Origin: Tubulanus polymorphus
Taxonomy: Eukaryota; Animalia; Nemertea
Length of the DNA stretch: 64,000 nt
Direction of reading: 5' to 3'
Assembly: GCF_964204645.1 (NCBI RefSeq)
Contig: NW_027437474.1
Span: 1,001-65,000, forward strand
A program made the position numbers and the translations under genes. The stretch's first letter is position 1. Every line of letters starts with the position of its first letter. The notes under the pieces were generated by a model, which had not been told where the DNA came from, searched no databases, and saw nothing but the letters and a program-made list of their open reading frames with translations. This document shows positions 27,095 through 38,100 of this stretch, in pieces.

Positions 27095-27632
27095 TTATTA
27101 TAGAAATATTTTTACTTTCAATATTTGAAAATGTTATAACTCCAGTTGATAATAATGTCATAAATCCACCTAATTGAAATGATAAATATCCAATCCATTT
27201 ATGTAATTCAGTCATAACTAAATAATCATTTTTTAAATCGGAATATAATCTATTTTCATCTTCAATTGGTAGTATATAATTACATAATTTACTATAACCT
27301 TTTACTACATTTTCTGATATCGCGTCATTAATTCTAGCTGTTCTCGCGGCTTCATAAATCTTAAATAATCAAATAATTTCATCTGATTTCATTGTATCTA
27401 ATTCATTATAAGTTGAATTTTTACCGACAAAATTTTTACATTTTCCAGATGCTATTAATATTTCTAATTGATGTTTACAATAAAGATAATATTCATAATT
27501 ATTATTTGTTGTAACATTATTTAAAGCACCATCATCTGGAGTTAATTTTGTTTCAGTTATTCCTTAATCATCTAAAGTTTTTTCAATTGGAACATCACCA
27601 TTTTTAGATTTTATTTTCTTTTCACCTCCCAT
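27027..27632 (-). pseudogene. Conserved viral hypothetical protein with C-terminal hydrophobic segment
   Basis: ATG 27632 with two internal stops; strongly similar to 55723-56294 (CKHQLEILIASGKC...LKNDYLVMTE...QLGG). Confidence 0.7.
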
Positions 27633-27664
27633 TTATATAACAAAAAAATTAATTGTGTGATGTT

Positions 27665-27918
27665 GCAACTAGAATTTAACTAGAATGTAACTAGAATTCA
27701 ACTAGATTAACAAGCTAGTTGAAATATTGTTTTATTTCTAGTTAAATCTAGTTGATTTTTGTTTCAACTACTAACAACTATAATTCAACTAGAATGTAAC
27801 TAGAATTAAACTAGATTAACAAGCTAGTTAAAATATTGTTAAATCTATTGTTTAGGTATTGATTTTTGTTACAACTACCAATAACTAGAATTCAACTAGA
27901 TTAACAAACTAATTGAAT
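27665..27918. repeat. Intergenic array of ~10-bp AACTAGAATT-like repeats in both orientations
   Basis: Many CTAG-centred units with an internal ~115-bp duplication. Confidence 0.7.
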
Positions 27919-28527
27919 TTAAATAAATTCATATTTAAATGGGTGTTGTAATCTAAATAGTAATTTTGATCTTTTAATATTTTTCAACTTATCCATATAT
28001 TCATTATGTAAATCATGTGGAATAATATCATTTTCCTCAAGTGCATTTTTCATCGATTTTCTATCTTTATTGTAGAATAAAACTAGAAATCTAATGTTTT
28101 CTCTAAAGTCTTTAACAATTGAATTATATTTTTGATTTAAAACCCAAGTTGTTATCCCAAAATGTCTCCCAGAGAAAGCTAAATAGCATAACTCACTTTC
28201 TCTAACTTTTGAATCATGTAGATTAGCACAATCATCTATAATGAATAATGTATTTGATCCTTTATAAATATCAATTGCTATTTTAATACAATTATCTAAA
28301 TTTTCTTTTACTGTTTTAGGATCTAATATAATAAATTTATTATTCCTAGTAATATTTCTATCATAAGTTTGATTAAATTCATATGTTGGACAAAATAATA
28401 CTATATTATCAAAATAGTTTTCATAAACAGTTTCTAATAAATTTAATATAAAATAAGTTTTTCCACAATTTGTTACACCAGAAATTAACATATTATGAGG
28501 CTCAAATATGAATAATTCCTTATTCAA
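27919..28527 (-). CDS. A32/FtsK-like DNA packaging ATPase
   Basis: Walker A GVTNCGKT, Walker B FIIDD, arginine-finger motif SGRHFGITTWVLNQ, RENIRF; start codon reads TTG. Confidence 0.88.
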   Translation of the reverse strand: MNKELFIFEPHNMLISGVTNCGKTYFILNLLETVYENYFDNIVLFCPTYEFNQTYDRNITRNNKFIILDPKTVKENLDNCIKIAIDIYKGSNTLFIIDDCANLHDSKVRESELCYLAFSGRHFGITTWVLNQKYNSIVKDFRENIRFLVLFYNKDRKSMKNALEENDIIPHDLHNEYMDKLKNIKRSKLLFRLQHPFKYEFI

Positions 28528-29597
28528 TTATATATTTTTAATTTTACTTGATAATATCCATTCATTGAATTTATCCGGCCATCCAACCCATTTTACTAAA
28601 GAATATTTTTTTCTTTTAATAGTTTTTGTTTTTAATACTTTTTCAATTTTATATTCTTGTTCTAGATTTTCAGTAGTTAAACTTAATTCTTCTTCGTAAA
28701 AGTAGCCATCAACTTCTTCACCATCTAAATCTTCTAGTTTATAGACATATGGTTTTGTTGTTATAACCTTTTTTATTTTATATATTTCTCTAGTAAAATT
28801 TTGATCGTATCCTTTATCAAATATCTTTTTATACTTAGAAATTCTAACATTTTGACCAACTTTAAATTTAGGTTCACCAAAATCATCTACAAGAAATGCT
28901 CCATATAAATTATTCCAAACAATTTCAGCATTTTCAGGTTTTCTAGCATCAATAGGTTTCATTCCAATAGAAGAATGATAAGAATTATTATATCCTTCTA
29001 TCAATTTTTGTAAAACATCAATCCATTTAAAAGTATTATTTGCTGTAAAATATTTCCACATTCTTGTTCTTAATGTTCTATTAAATCGTTCAACAACTGC
29101 TGCTTTTTTATCTGATTTTGTTGAAAAATATTTAATATTATGATTATCTAAGAGTTCATGAACAAGTGAATTATCAAACTCTTTTCCATCATCAAATTGT
29201 ATTTTTCATCTTTTCTATAAAGTGGGAAGCTCCATACATAACGACTAAAAATATCAATTATATTCAATAACCACCAATAATCATCATTATCTTTCTTAAC
29301 ATTTTTCATATCAATTAAATCTCCTTGCCACTGTTGATCTACATAACTTACCATAGTTTTACGAGTTTTATATTTTCTAACAATTTTTTTATGTGTTGTA
29401 TATGTTGGTTGTTCTAACATAAATTCATTTATATCTTTATATTTAACTAAATTTTGTGGGATTATCTTATCTAATTTATCTTGTTTTACTTTACGCCATA
29501 TATTTTTGGTAGAAGAATAAGCAACCGAACTCTCAGGGTTGTAATATAAATTTCTTAAATATTGTTCTTTAGTATTAGGAGTTTTTTTACCTCCCAT
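28528..29597 (-). pseudogene. Retroviral-type (RVE) integrase with C-terminal chromodomain
   Basis: WQGDLID, IDIFSRY, QFDDGKEF, VVERFNRTL and YKIEKVLK...LVKWVGWPDKFNEWI; a deletion/frameshift near 29205 splits it into ORFs 29148-29597 and 28528-29061. Confidence 0.9.
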
Positions 29598-29626
29598 TTA
29601 TATATCGTTAATTTTAACTTATATTT

Positions 29627-30860
29627 CTAATATTGAATACTATCTAACTGTGAATTTACAATATTTAATTGTGCGTCAGATATAATATAAATGTGCATTT
29701 TGAAATTTTTGTCTCCTTTTTTCTTTTTCATGAATAATTGTATTCCATCTTTAGTGTTTTGTAGTTTTTTTCCAGAACCATGTAATGAATTATCCTCTGT
29801 TGTTCTAAAATCTAACCATAATGCATATTTATAACCGGTATAATAATCAATTTGATCAATATTACAATTTTCAAATGATTTTACTTTTTCATTCATAAAA
29901 TGTTTTCTAATTTCTGGCCATTGATCTATCATTCTCATTCCTTGGCAAAATATTTTATTTGCTATTCCTTCGATAGTTATTTCTACTTTTGTTATTTCAG
30001 GATTATAATAATTATCAACCTTTATTGCACCATTAGAATATGTTGCAATGGTAAAAAATATTAATATACCTTTAATAGATCTTCTTGGGAAGTTATTATT
30101 CTCATTAATTATTTCATCATTTGCATTAATAGTTACAGTTTTAAATTTATCAATATAATCATATAATAATGAAAATCCTTGATTGTATTGAGTTTGAATT
30201 GTGCTAGCAATATTTTCATTAGTTACTGTGTTATATTCTAAACATACATTCGATAATTTATAACCCATATCTTTAACAACGCTAGATAATACAATTTCAT
30301 TAACAGGAGCAAATGTTATCTCAAATATAATATCTTCTTGAATTGCGTATTTATATAAAGGTGCATTATTATTTATCAATTCAAAGTCTAATGGAATTTC
30401 ATAAATCTTTTTAATCAAATTATCTACGTCATTAGTTACTACTGCATTATTAGCTTCTGATCTTAATTTATTTTGGTTTTCTGATTGGATACCTTGAAAT
30501 ATCATATTATTTCTTTTCTCTAGTTAACCATAAATCTTTATAATGCATGAATAAATTATAATCATCTAATGAGAAAACTGTTTCCGGACCAATCTTTATA
30601 ATTAATTTTTTAATCAAATATCTTCCAACATTATCAACAACATAATTGTTATCATGGCCAGTTACTTTTATATCGGCTGATAAATAAATACTATTTGGAA
30701 CATAAAAAGTATTTTGTGTTAATCTAGGAATTCTAACATATAAAGTTTCATCGGGATTAATATCTGAAGGGTTATTAGTAATTATATGATGTGATCTTTC
30801 TGCTTTAATAGCATTAGATATTCTAGAAATCTTAGAAGGACTTATATCACTCCCACTCAT
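29627..30860 (-). pseudogene. Probable major capsid protein (double jelly-roll), one frameshift near 30512
   Basis: ORFs 30507-30860 and 29627-30505 join to ~410 aa, beta-rich; ITNNPSDI, YALWLDFRT...LHGSG motifs recall invertebrate Polinton capsids; lies next to integrase and ATPase. Confidence 0.65.
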
Positions 30861-30881
30861 TTATTAAACAAAAAAATTAAT

Positions 30882-32137
30882 TATTTATTTTTTATTATTT
30901 TTTTCTTGATATCTTTTTGATATCATATTTACTAACCCAAAAATAATAGCACTTACAACTGTGATTAAAAATAAAATAATATGTTCAAAGCATTTGATAT
31001 TGCTAAACCAATTGTTGTAAATAACATAGTTACAGCTGTTAGAATTGAAAGAATTGTTATTCCTTCTAATTTAAATAATAACTTTATTCTATCTTTCAGT
31101 GATATTTCAGAATTTGGTTTTATCAATAAATCTTTAAAAATAACTTTTAATCTATTTATATTATAATCATATGATTTTAATAATAATTTAATTTCTTCTT
31201 TTTGTACTTCTAAATTATCTTTTAAATTAATAATTTATTTTTCTAAAAGTAATTCTTTTAGCCTATATTCTATTTCATCAATTACTTGATGATCTAAATC
31301 AGACTTTATTTGTTCTATTTCTTTATTTGCATTAGTTAATTCTTTTTCCAAATACATAATTTTTTGATCTCTTATACTTTTATTATGTGCAATTTTATCA
31401 GCTTCATTTCTTATACTAATAATTTCTCTAATTGCTTCATCAGAAAATATATTTAAATCTTCTAATTGTTGATCTGTTGCATCAATTAATCCATTCGGTA
31501 AAAGTTTTTCAATTGAAACTTTATTTGATTTAAGTTTACTAGTTTTGGAAGTTATATTCTGTTCAGAAGTTGTTTCTGTTTCTGATTTCTTTTTGATTAT
31601 TTTAAATAATTCATTAATTCTTTGTTTAAATACGTCTATATTATCATCTATTTCTTTTTGTGTGACATCAGTTATTTCATTACTATTACTTATTATTTTA
31701 ATTCTATCTGGTTTTAATTTTTCTAAAGTTGATTCTGATAATATTTTATTTTTATTATTTTTATAAGTGATATCAATATAATAATCACCTTTCAAACGAT
31801 AATAACATTTACCATTATCTAAAAATTTTAATTGATCTGCTAAAACTCCAACGTCTTCATCATTTATGTTAAGTTTAGATTTTTCAATTAAATCTTCTAA
31901 TTTAGGTATTTTGTTTAAATTATCTAAATCTTGTTTTACTAAATCTGGGTCTAAATTTTCAGGATTTAATTGTGATTCAGCATTTTTAATACAATCAGGC
32001 ATATTCAAATTATTATTATATTCTGGCTCATTACCATCATTAAAACTTGTTTCATCAAAATCAGGTGGTTGTTCATCAGTTATGCCAGGTTCATCAAAAT
32101 TATCCATTCCAATATCTTCTCCACCTTCTACATCCAT
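30882..32137 (-). pseudogene. Acidic/coiled-coil viral protein with C-terminal TM helices
   Basis: ORF 31235-32137 continues past one TAA into DRIKLLFKLEGITILSILTAVTMLFTTIGLAIS...ITVVSAIIFGLV. Confidence 0.6.
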
Positions 32138-32153
32138 TTATATAATAAGAAAA

Positions 32154-33542
32154 TTAAAATTTAAAATATAATATTCCTCCGATTACAATTCCTATACAAG
32201 TTAAAGCTAATTTAGTATTTTCATGTAATTTATTGTCATTATCAGTTTTAATTATATCATGTTGAATATTATCAGTTTTAATATTTTCTGTAGTATTGTA
32301 ATCTTTTATTTTGGAATCATTATCCAATTTAATATTCTTAGTTTTAGTTTCTGTTGATTGAATATGTTTTTTAATTTTTTCACCTTCCATTAATTTTGGA
32401 GCAGTGATAATCTTTTTATTTATATCATTCAATCCAAATGAATTATTTATTGTTGCAGTTTCAATTAGATTATTATAACCAATTATGTTTCCAATCTTTA
32501 ATACTAAATCATTAGAAATAATTAATAGATTAGGTCCTATACAATAATTTAATCTAATATGTGATTTATCTAAATAATTTTGATATCTTACAATGTTTTC
32601 TGGAATCGATCTATTTTTATCATTATGTATGGAATCTTCAAATAATACTTTGAATTGTTTCTGTGTATCAAATGATGTATTTAAATTTCCAATTATTGGG
32701 GATCTTGTTTCAACTTGCGCACCTAAAATACATATCAAATAAGTTCTAATAGATTGATTTATTCTTTGTATACCTGATTTAGTAAAACCTTCACTATTTT
32801 CTAAAATAAAATAAACCCAACCATTATTGTTTTCTTGTTTTAAATTATCATAAAATTTCGGTAATTTATTGAAATTTAATGTTTCTAAATCCTTTGTTTC
32901 TATTTTACCATAACCTAATTTATTATTATAGATATTATAAAAACTATTAGATGGTATGGGAAGTGCGCAATATTCTGCAATCTTTTTAGGGCAAGGAAGT
33001 GATCTTATTGTTCCAATTTTTATTCTAAAATCAGAATTATTTATATCTATATTAAATTCATTACAAATTTTATAAAACTTTGATAAATTAATATTATTAT
33101 CTAATTCTTTAAAATATCTAGATCCTGGTAAAGCGCACTCTAATTCATTTAATATTAATCTGATTTGAAAGTATGTATGAAATCTAAATAAACTTTGAAT
33201 TAATTTATATTTAGAATTATTCAAATGATCATTCCAACTTATTCCACATCCTGTTGTTGAACAATAAACAGCAAAATTTAATTGATTCTGCCAATACTTC
33301 ATATTAGATTTTAATAACCATTGTTTTTCATCTTTCAATTTTTTAAAATTAATTAAATATACATGAAATATATTTTCCATCTTTGCATTAAAATTATTAG
33401 TTTCAGTGACATAAATTTCTAAATTAGTTAATGAATCTAAAACTTCATTTCTATATGTAATATCTTTATTAAAATCTATTGCTGGAATATTATATTTAAT
33501 TGATTTATTATATTGGAAAGCTTTTGGAAAACTATCTGCCAT
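32154..33542 (-). CDS. 462-aa conserved Polinton-like hypothetical protein with C-terminal TM anchor
   Basis: Intact ORF; WQNQLNFAVYCSTTGCGISW motif; ends LALTCIGIVIGGILYFKF. Confidence 0.7.
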   Translation of the reverse strand: MADSFPKAFQYNKSIKYNIPAIDFNKDITYRNEVLDSLTNLEIYVTETNNFNAKMENIFHVYLINFKKLKDEKQWLLKSNMKYWQNQLNFAVYCSTTGCGISWNDHLNNSKYKLIQSLFRFHTYFQIRLILNELECALPGSRYFKELDNNINLSKFYKICNEFNIDINNSDFRIKIGTIRSLPCPKKIAEYCALPIPSNSFYNIYNNKLGYGKIETKDLETLNFNKLPKFYDNLKQENNNGWVYFILENSEGFTKSGIQRINQSIRTYLICILGAQVETRSPIIGNLNTSFDTQKQFKVLFEDSIHNDKNRSIPENIVRYQNYLDKSHIRLNYCIGPNLLIISNDLVLKIGNIIGYNNLIETATINNSFGLNDINKKIITAPKLMEGEKIKKHIQSTETKTKNIKLDNDSKIKDYNTTENIKTDNIQHDIIKTDNDNKLHENTKLALTCIGIVIGGILYFKF

Positions 33543-33558
33543 TTATATAACTAAAAAA

Positions 33559-33993
33559 TTAATAATTAACTAATTCTTTTAATAATTTATCTTGTTCTTC
33601 AACTGTTATATGGCCATTTAAACTTATGATATAATCTAGTGTATTCTTTAATTTATTAATTTCTTTTATATTAGTTTTAATTTTTTCTTTATTACTTTTT
33701 ATATTTAATTTTGAACTTATGCCAGTTAAAACACTTGAACTTAATCCTAACACACCAATTGATATAGCTTAAGGTGTTAATGGACTGAATATTGCTAGAA
33801 ATGTTATTACAGAACTAATTGTAACCGAACCACTAATAATCAAATAATATATAATTTTACTTTTTAAATATTTTTTCTTTTTTATCTTTAAGTCACTTTC
33901 AAATTCTAATATTTGTTTTTCTAAATATATTTTTAATTTAGTTTTATTTATATCATGAGGAATAATATCAATACTATCAACTTTATCTTCCAT
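33559..33993 (-). pseudogene. Two-TM small membrane protein with internal stop at 33769-33771
   Basis: ORFs 33769-33993 and 33559-33753 are in the same frame; two hydrophobic helices flanked by helical segments. Confidence 0.6.
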
Positions 33994-34013
33994 TTATTTA
34001 GCAAAAAAAATTA

Positions 34014-34437
34014 CTAATTAGTAAACTTATAAGCAACAAATATAACAATAACTGTTCCACCTAAAATCCAAATTATTTCATATTTCTGTTGTTCTTTACT
34101 TGGGGTATAATAATCTGATAATTTAGGTTTGTATAGATGTAATTTTTCTTTATTGGTTACCGCGTTATATAAACTCATTGCATCATCAACTGATTGAAAA
34201 TCTCTATGTGAAATCTTCTGATCATATAATTCCTTGTTAATATAATCCATATAGTTTTGCCTCTTTTCTCTATATTCTTCCGCTGCTTTATTATATTTCT
34301 CTAACGCTAAGTTATGTCTTCTTTGTTCTCCTAATGAACTATTTTTATCAATATGTTTAAATAAATATCCACCACCAGTAAATGCCAAAGCGTTAACAAT
34401 TGCTGATCCTATAATAGTTATAATTGCAGAAGCAATT
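34014..34437 (-). CDS. Viral membrane protein (N-terminal hydrophobic hairpin, coiled coil, C-terminal TM); start codon lost
   Basis: ASAIITIIGSAIVNALAFTGGGYLF...RRHNLALEKY...IIWILGGTVIVIFVAYK. Confidence 0.6.
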
Positions 34438-35153
34438 TCATGTTGAAAAGTTAGAAAAACAATATAATGAATTAACAAGAAAAACATATTATTGTAAATA
34501 TTGTAAATTGATTATTACAACAAGTAAATCAAATCTACATAATAGAACAATAAAACATAAAGAAAACGTAAGAAAATACCAAGAGCTTAATGAAGATCTA
34601 TTACCAATAAATTATAAACGAAAATGTCCACAATGTAGTTATGCGACCTTAAGACAAGAAGGTACTGTGTTATTTTGTGTTGATTGTGGATGGCAAAAGA
34701 ATTTATGGGGTGAAGAAAAAACTAGAAATTTTCTCATAGATCCAAAAATAAATTATCTAGATGAAATTTTTAAAATATTTTCTATAGAAGATCATACACC
34801 AGAATATATGCAATGGCTTGAAAAAATGAAAATAATAAAAAATAAAAATGGTGAAATAACTAAAAAAGATATTATAAATACAATTATTCCGTCAACATTT
34901 AACACAAAAGAAAAGAAAATGTATTTATATTTATTATTTAACGATTATTATGAAAAACCTAAATTAACAGAAGAAGATATGGAAAATATAAAAAAAGATA
35001 TTCAAACAAATATTAATGTGTCATTTGGAAAATAGAATAACAGATTCAATAAATTATGAATTCTTTTTAAATAAGATTGTAAATTATTTAAACCTAGATA
35101 TTATAGAAGAAGCCAATAGTGATTTCGAGTTTGATGATATAGATCCATTTTAA
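34438..35153 (+). pseudogene. C2H2 zinc finger fused to a poxvirus A2/VLTF3-like late transcription factor
   Basis: CPQC-x13-CVDC ribbon, KTRNFLIDPKINYL, and after a frameshift at ~35030 SINYEFFLNKIV; the new stop 35151-35153 overlaps the convergent PolB stop. Confidence 0.65.
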
Positions 35154-38100
35154 TAACCATAAGGTAATGTTTTTATACCATCATCTAAAATATGCCTTTT
35201 ATCATCAAATGGATTTAAACTAGTTTTTTCAACTTCATTAATGTACATCTCATGATCTTCTGATCTTAAACAATTCATTTTATGTTTCATAACAATTGAT
35301 TTATATAAACACTTTATATAATCTTGAAATTCTATATGTTTATCAACCACATGTTTTGTTATTCCTTTTAACTTTTTAGCTTCATGATCTTTTGTTCTAT
35401 AACTATACATTTTACTTCTTATCCCAACAAATTCAATCATTTCATCACCCCCTAATTCATCTTTAAATTTACCAGGAATCTTTTTATTATCATTGCTAAA
35501 TAGTTCATGATCTTTGGGATAATTGCTAAAATCAAAATAATGTTTTAATGTTTTTAAGTCTTTTGTTATATCATTTGTCTTGATTTTTAGTATGTAACTG
35601 TTGGTATTTTTTTGGATTAATGGGAACCCAGAATTGAATGTTCCATCATCTGTTGATAAATCATAAACATAGTCAGTTGGCTTATATATTTCAAATAAAT
35701 CTTTAACTTCTTCTGTTAATTCTTTTTCTACATGCCTTAAATTAAAACAATTTGGTTTAGATTTAATTAATTCTAGATTCATATTAAATCCTAATGAACT
35801 GCATAATATATTCAATTCTGATATAGCAACTTTTCCTTTTTGAGCTAAAGATATTGTTTTGAAACTTTTTGAACCATCTGCTGCATAGAATCCAATGAAG
35901 AACCATTTTCTTAAATTATTTTTTGCATTTAATACATAATCTGGAACTATCTTTTCTTTAGTTGAAGTATTACTTTTCACTATTGTATGAATATAGAATT
36001 CATCATTATATTTTGTAGCAAAATCTTTAGGATTATTTACAAATATTCTATAAACCGCGGATGATTTCATATGATCCATGATTCTAAATGTTTTATGTGA
36101 ATAAACTTCTTCGCAGAATTTCTTTATTCTTTCTAATAATTTCAGATCTTGATTGCATAAATACCAACGATATTGAGTGCGATTAACATATTTATACACA
36201 CCTGCTGAACCATCTCCCATGAAAAATCCTTTGATAAAATATTCTTTTTCTTCTAATGTTTCGGGTTCTATATTATAAATATTATCAATAATTTCATCAA
36301 ATGACATATGATTCATTCTTTGGAAAAATCTTTTATGTAATAATTCATCTCCAATTTTTATATCAGTTCGTTTTATTTCATCACCATTTCGTTTTATTAA
36401 ACTATGATCTGCTGTAACATCTACAAATCCTAATTTAGTTCTAACTCTATAGATTTTCTTATTTGTTTTATGTCTAATAATATTCTTTAATTTTTTCCAT
36501 CCATTTCTTGTCCAAACATCCATTAATCCATTTATTTGTATTAATTCTTTTTCACCATATGAAATATAACATTCATTTTGTTTTGGAATTATTTCTGAAA
36601 TTCTTCTTACCAATATTTTATTATTACATTTTAATAATATTGGGGTGTCAGCTGTTACAGAATCAAAATATAATATTTCAATATGCTTTTCCCCAAAAAG
36701 TGGTTGTAAAACATTATAATAAAAATCATACATTAATAATTTTGATACTTCTAAAACAGTCAGACCAATAAATATAGGTTTATTAAATTTCATTGATGTT
36801 CTTTTTAATTTAACTGCTGTTAAATAATCTTCAAATCTTTTATTTCCTAAATGTCTAGGGCTTGATTGTAAATGTCTTAATCTCTCAAAATTATTTACTA
36901 ATTCAATATCATTTCTATTTCTAATATTTTCACATGTTTTACCATAAAAACTATTATTCATCAATTTGAAGAAATCTTTTTCAAAATCTGTTTTTGATAT
37001 GGTTCTCTGTTGAGTATTGAAATCTATATATTTTTCTAACCACTTCGATTGATTAAATTCAATATATCTATGTACTTTCTTTAATTTCATTCCTTGTTTT
37101 AGATAAAATTTTAACATTCTATAATGAACAATATAATTGTATTTATTATTTTGAGTAAGTATTAATTTTTCTGTAAAAACATGATCTTTCGGTTTTATTT
37201 TCTTCTGGTATTCACTTAAATAACTATCATCTACAGTTAAATGTTCTGGGCAATAAGGTAAGTTTCTTGTTTTAAACTTTATATTTTCAGGATATTCTAA
37301 ATCAACTACAAAGAAATAACCAATTGGTGCTTCATCTTTTAAACTCGCAATTGCGCTTTCCCAATCAGTTTTATCACCATTTTCAACTTCTGTTAATATA
37401 AAATTTTTATATGGTTGAGGTTGCATCATTGCCCAACCATATAAATTATTGGCGTCAATATATAATAATTTATATTCATCATTTCCTTTAAAATATCTAT
37501 CTCCCATAACACCACTAATTCCACGTCTAATTGATTTTTCAAATGATAAAACCATATCTGGTTCTTTTAATAAATCTAATTCTACATTTGGATATTTTAA
37601 ACCACATTGCCAGGTTAAACCAGGACTAGAGTAGCAATAACAAGGATCAACATTAAAATGATTAAAATTAACTTCTCTAAATTTTTCAAATATCATAACA
37701 TCTGATTTTAAATATAAATCAACTAATTCACCATGATTTTTCATCTTAAAATGGTTCCAAATATTTAATGTTCTATTAAACACTTCGTCTTTCACATACT
37801 CCTCTTTTAATTGATCATAAAATTGATCTTTTAATAATTCTGTTACATTAAAATCATTGTGTGTTTTATAAAATGAATAAGGAATTGCGCCTTTATATCT
37901 CAATAATTTAAAATCTTGTTCATTTGGATAATAATATCGAGTTATAACAAAATCATTATCAACTAAACTTTTTGATAAATTATCTAATGAACTTGCTAGA
38001 AATCTATAAGAATCTAAAAATCTAATGCAACCAAATTGAAATGAAATATAATTTTCAGATGTTTTAGCTAATAGTTTAAAATCATATTTTCTTACATTTG

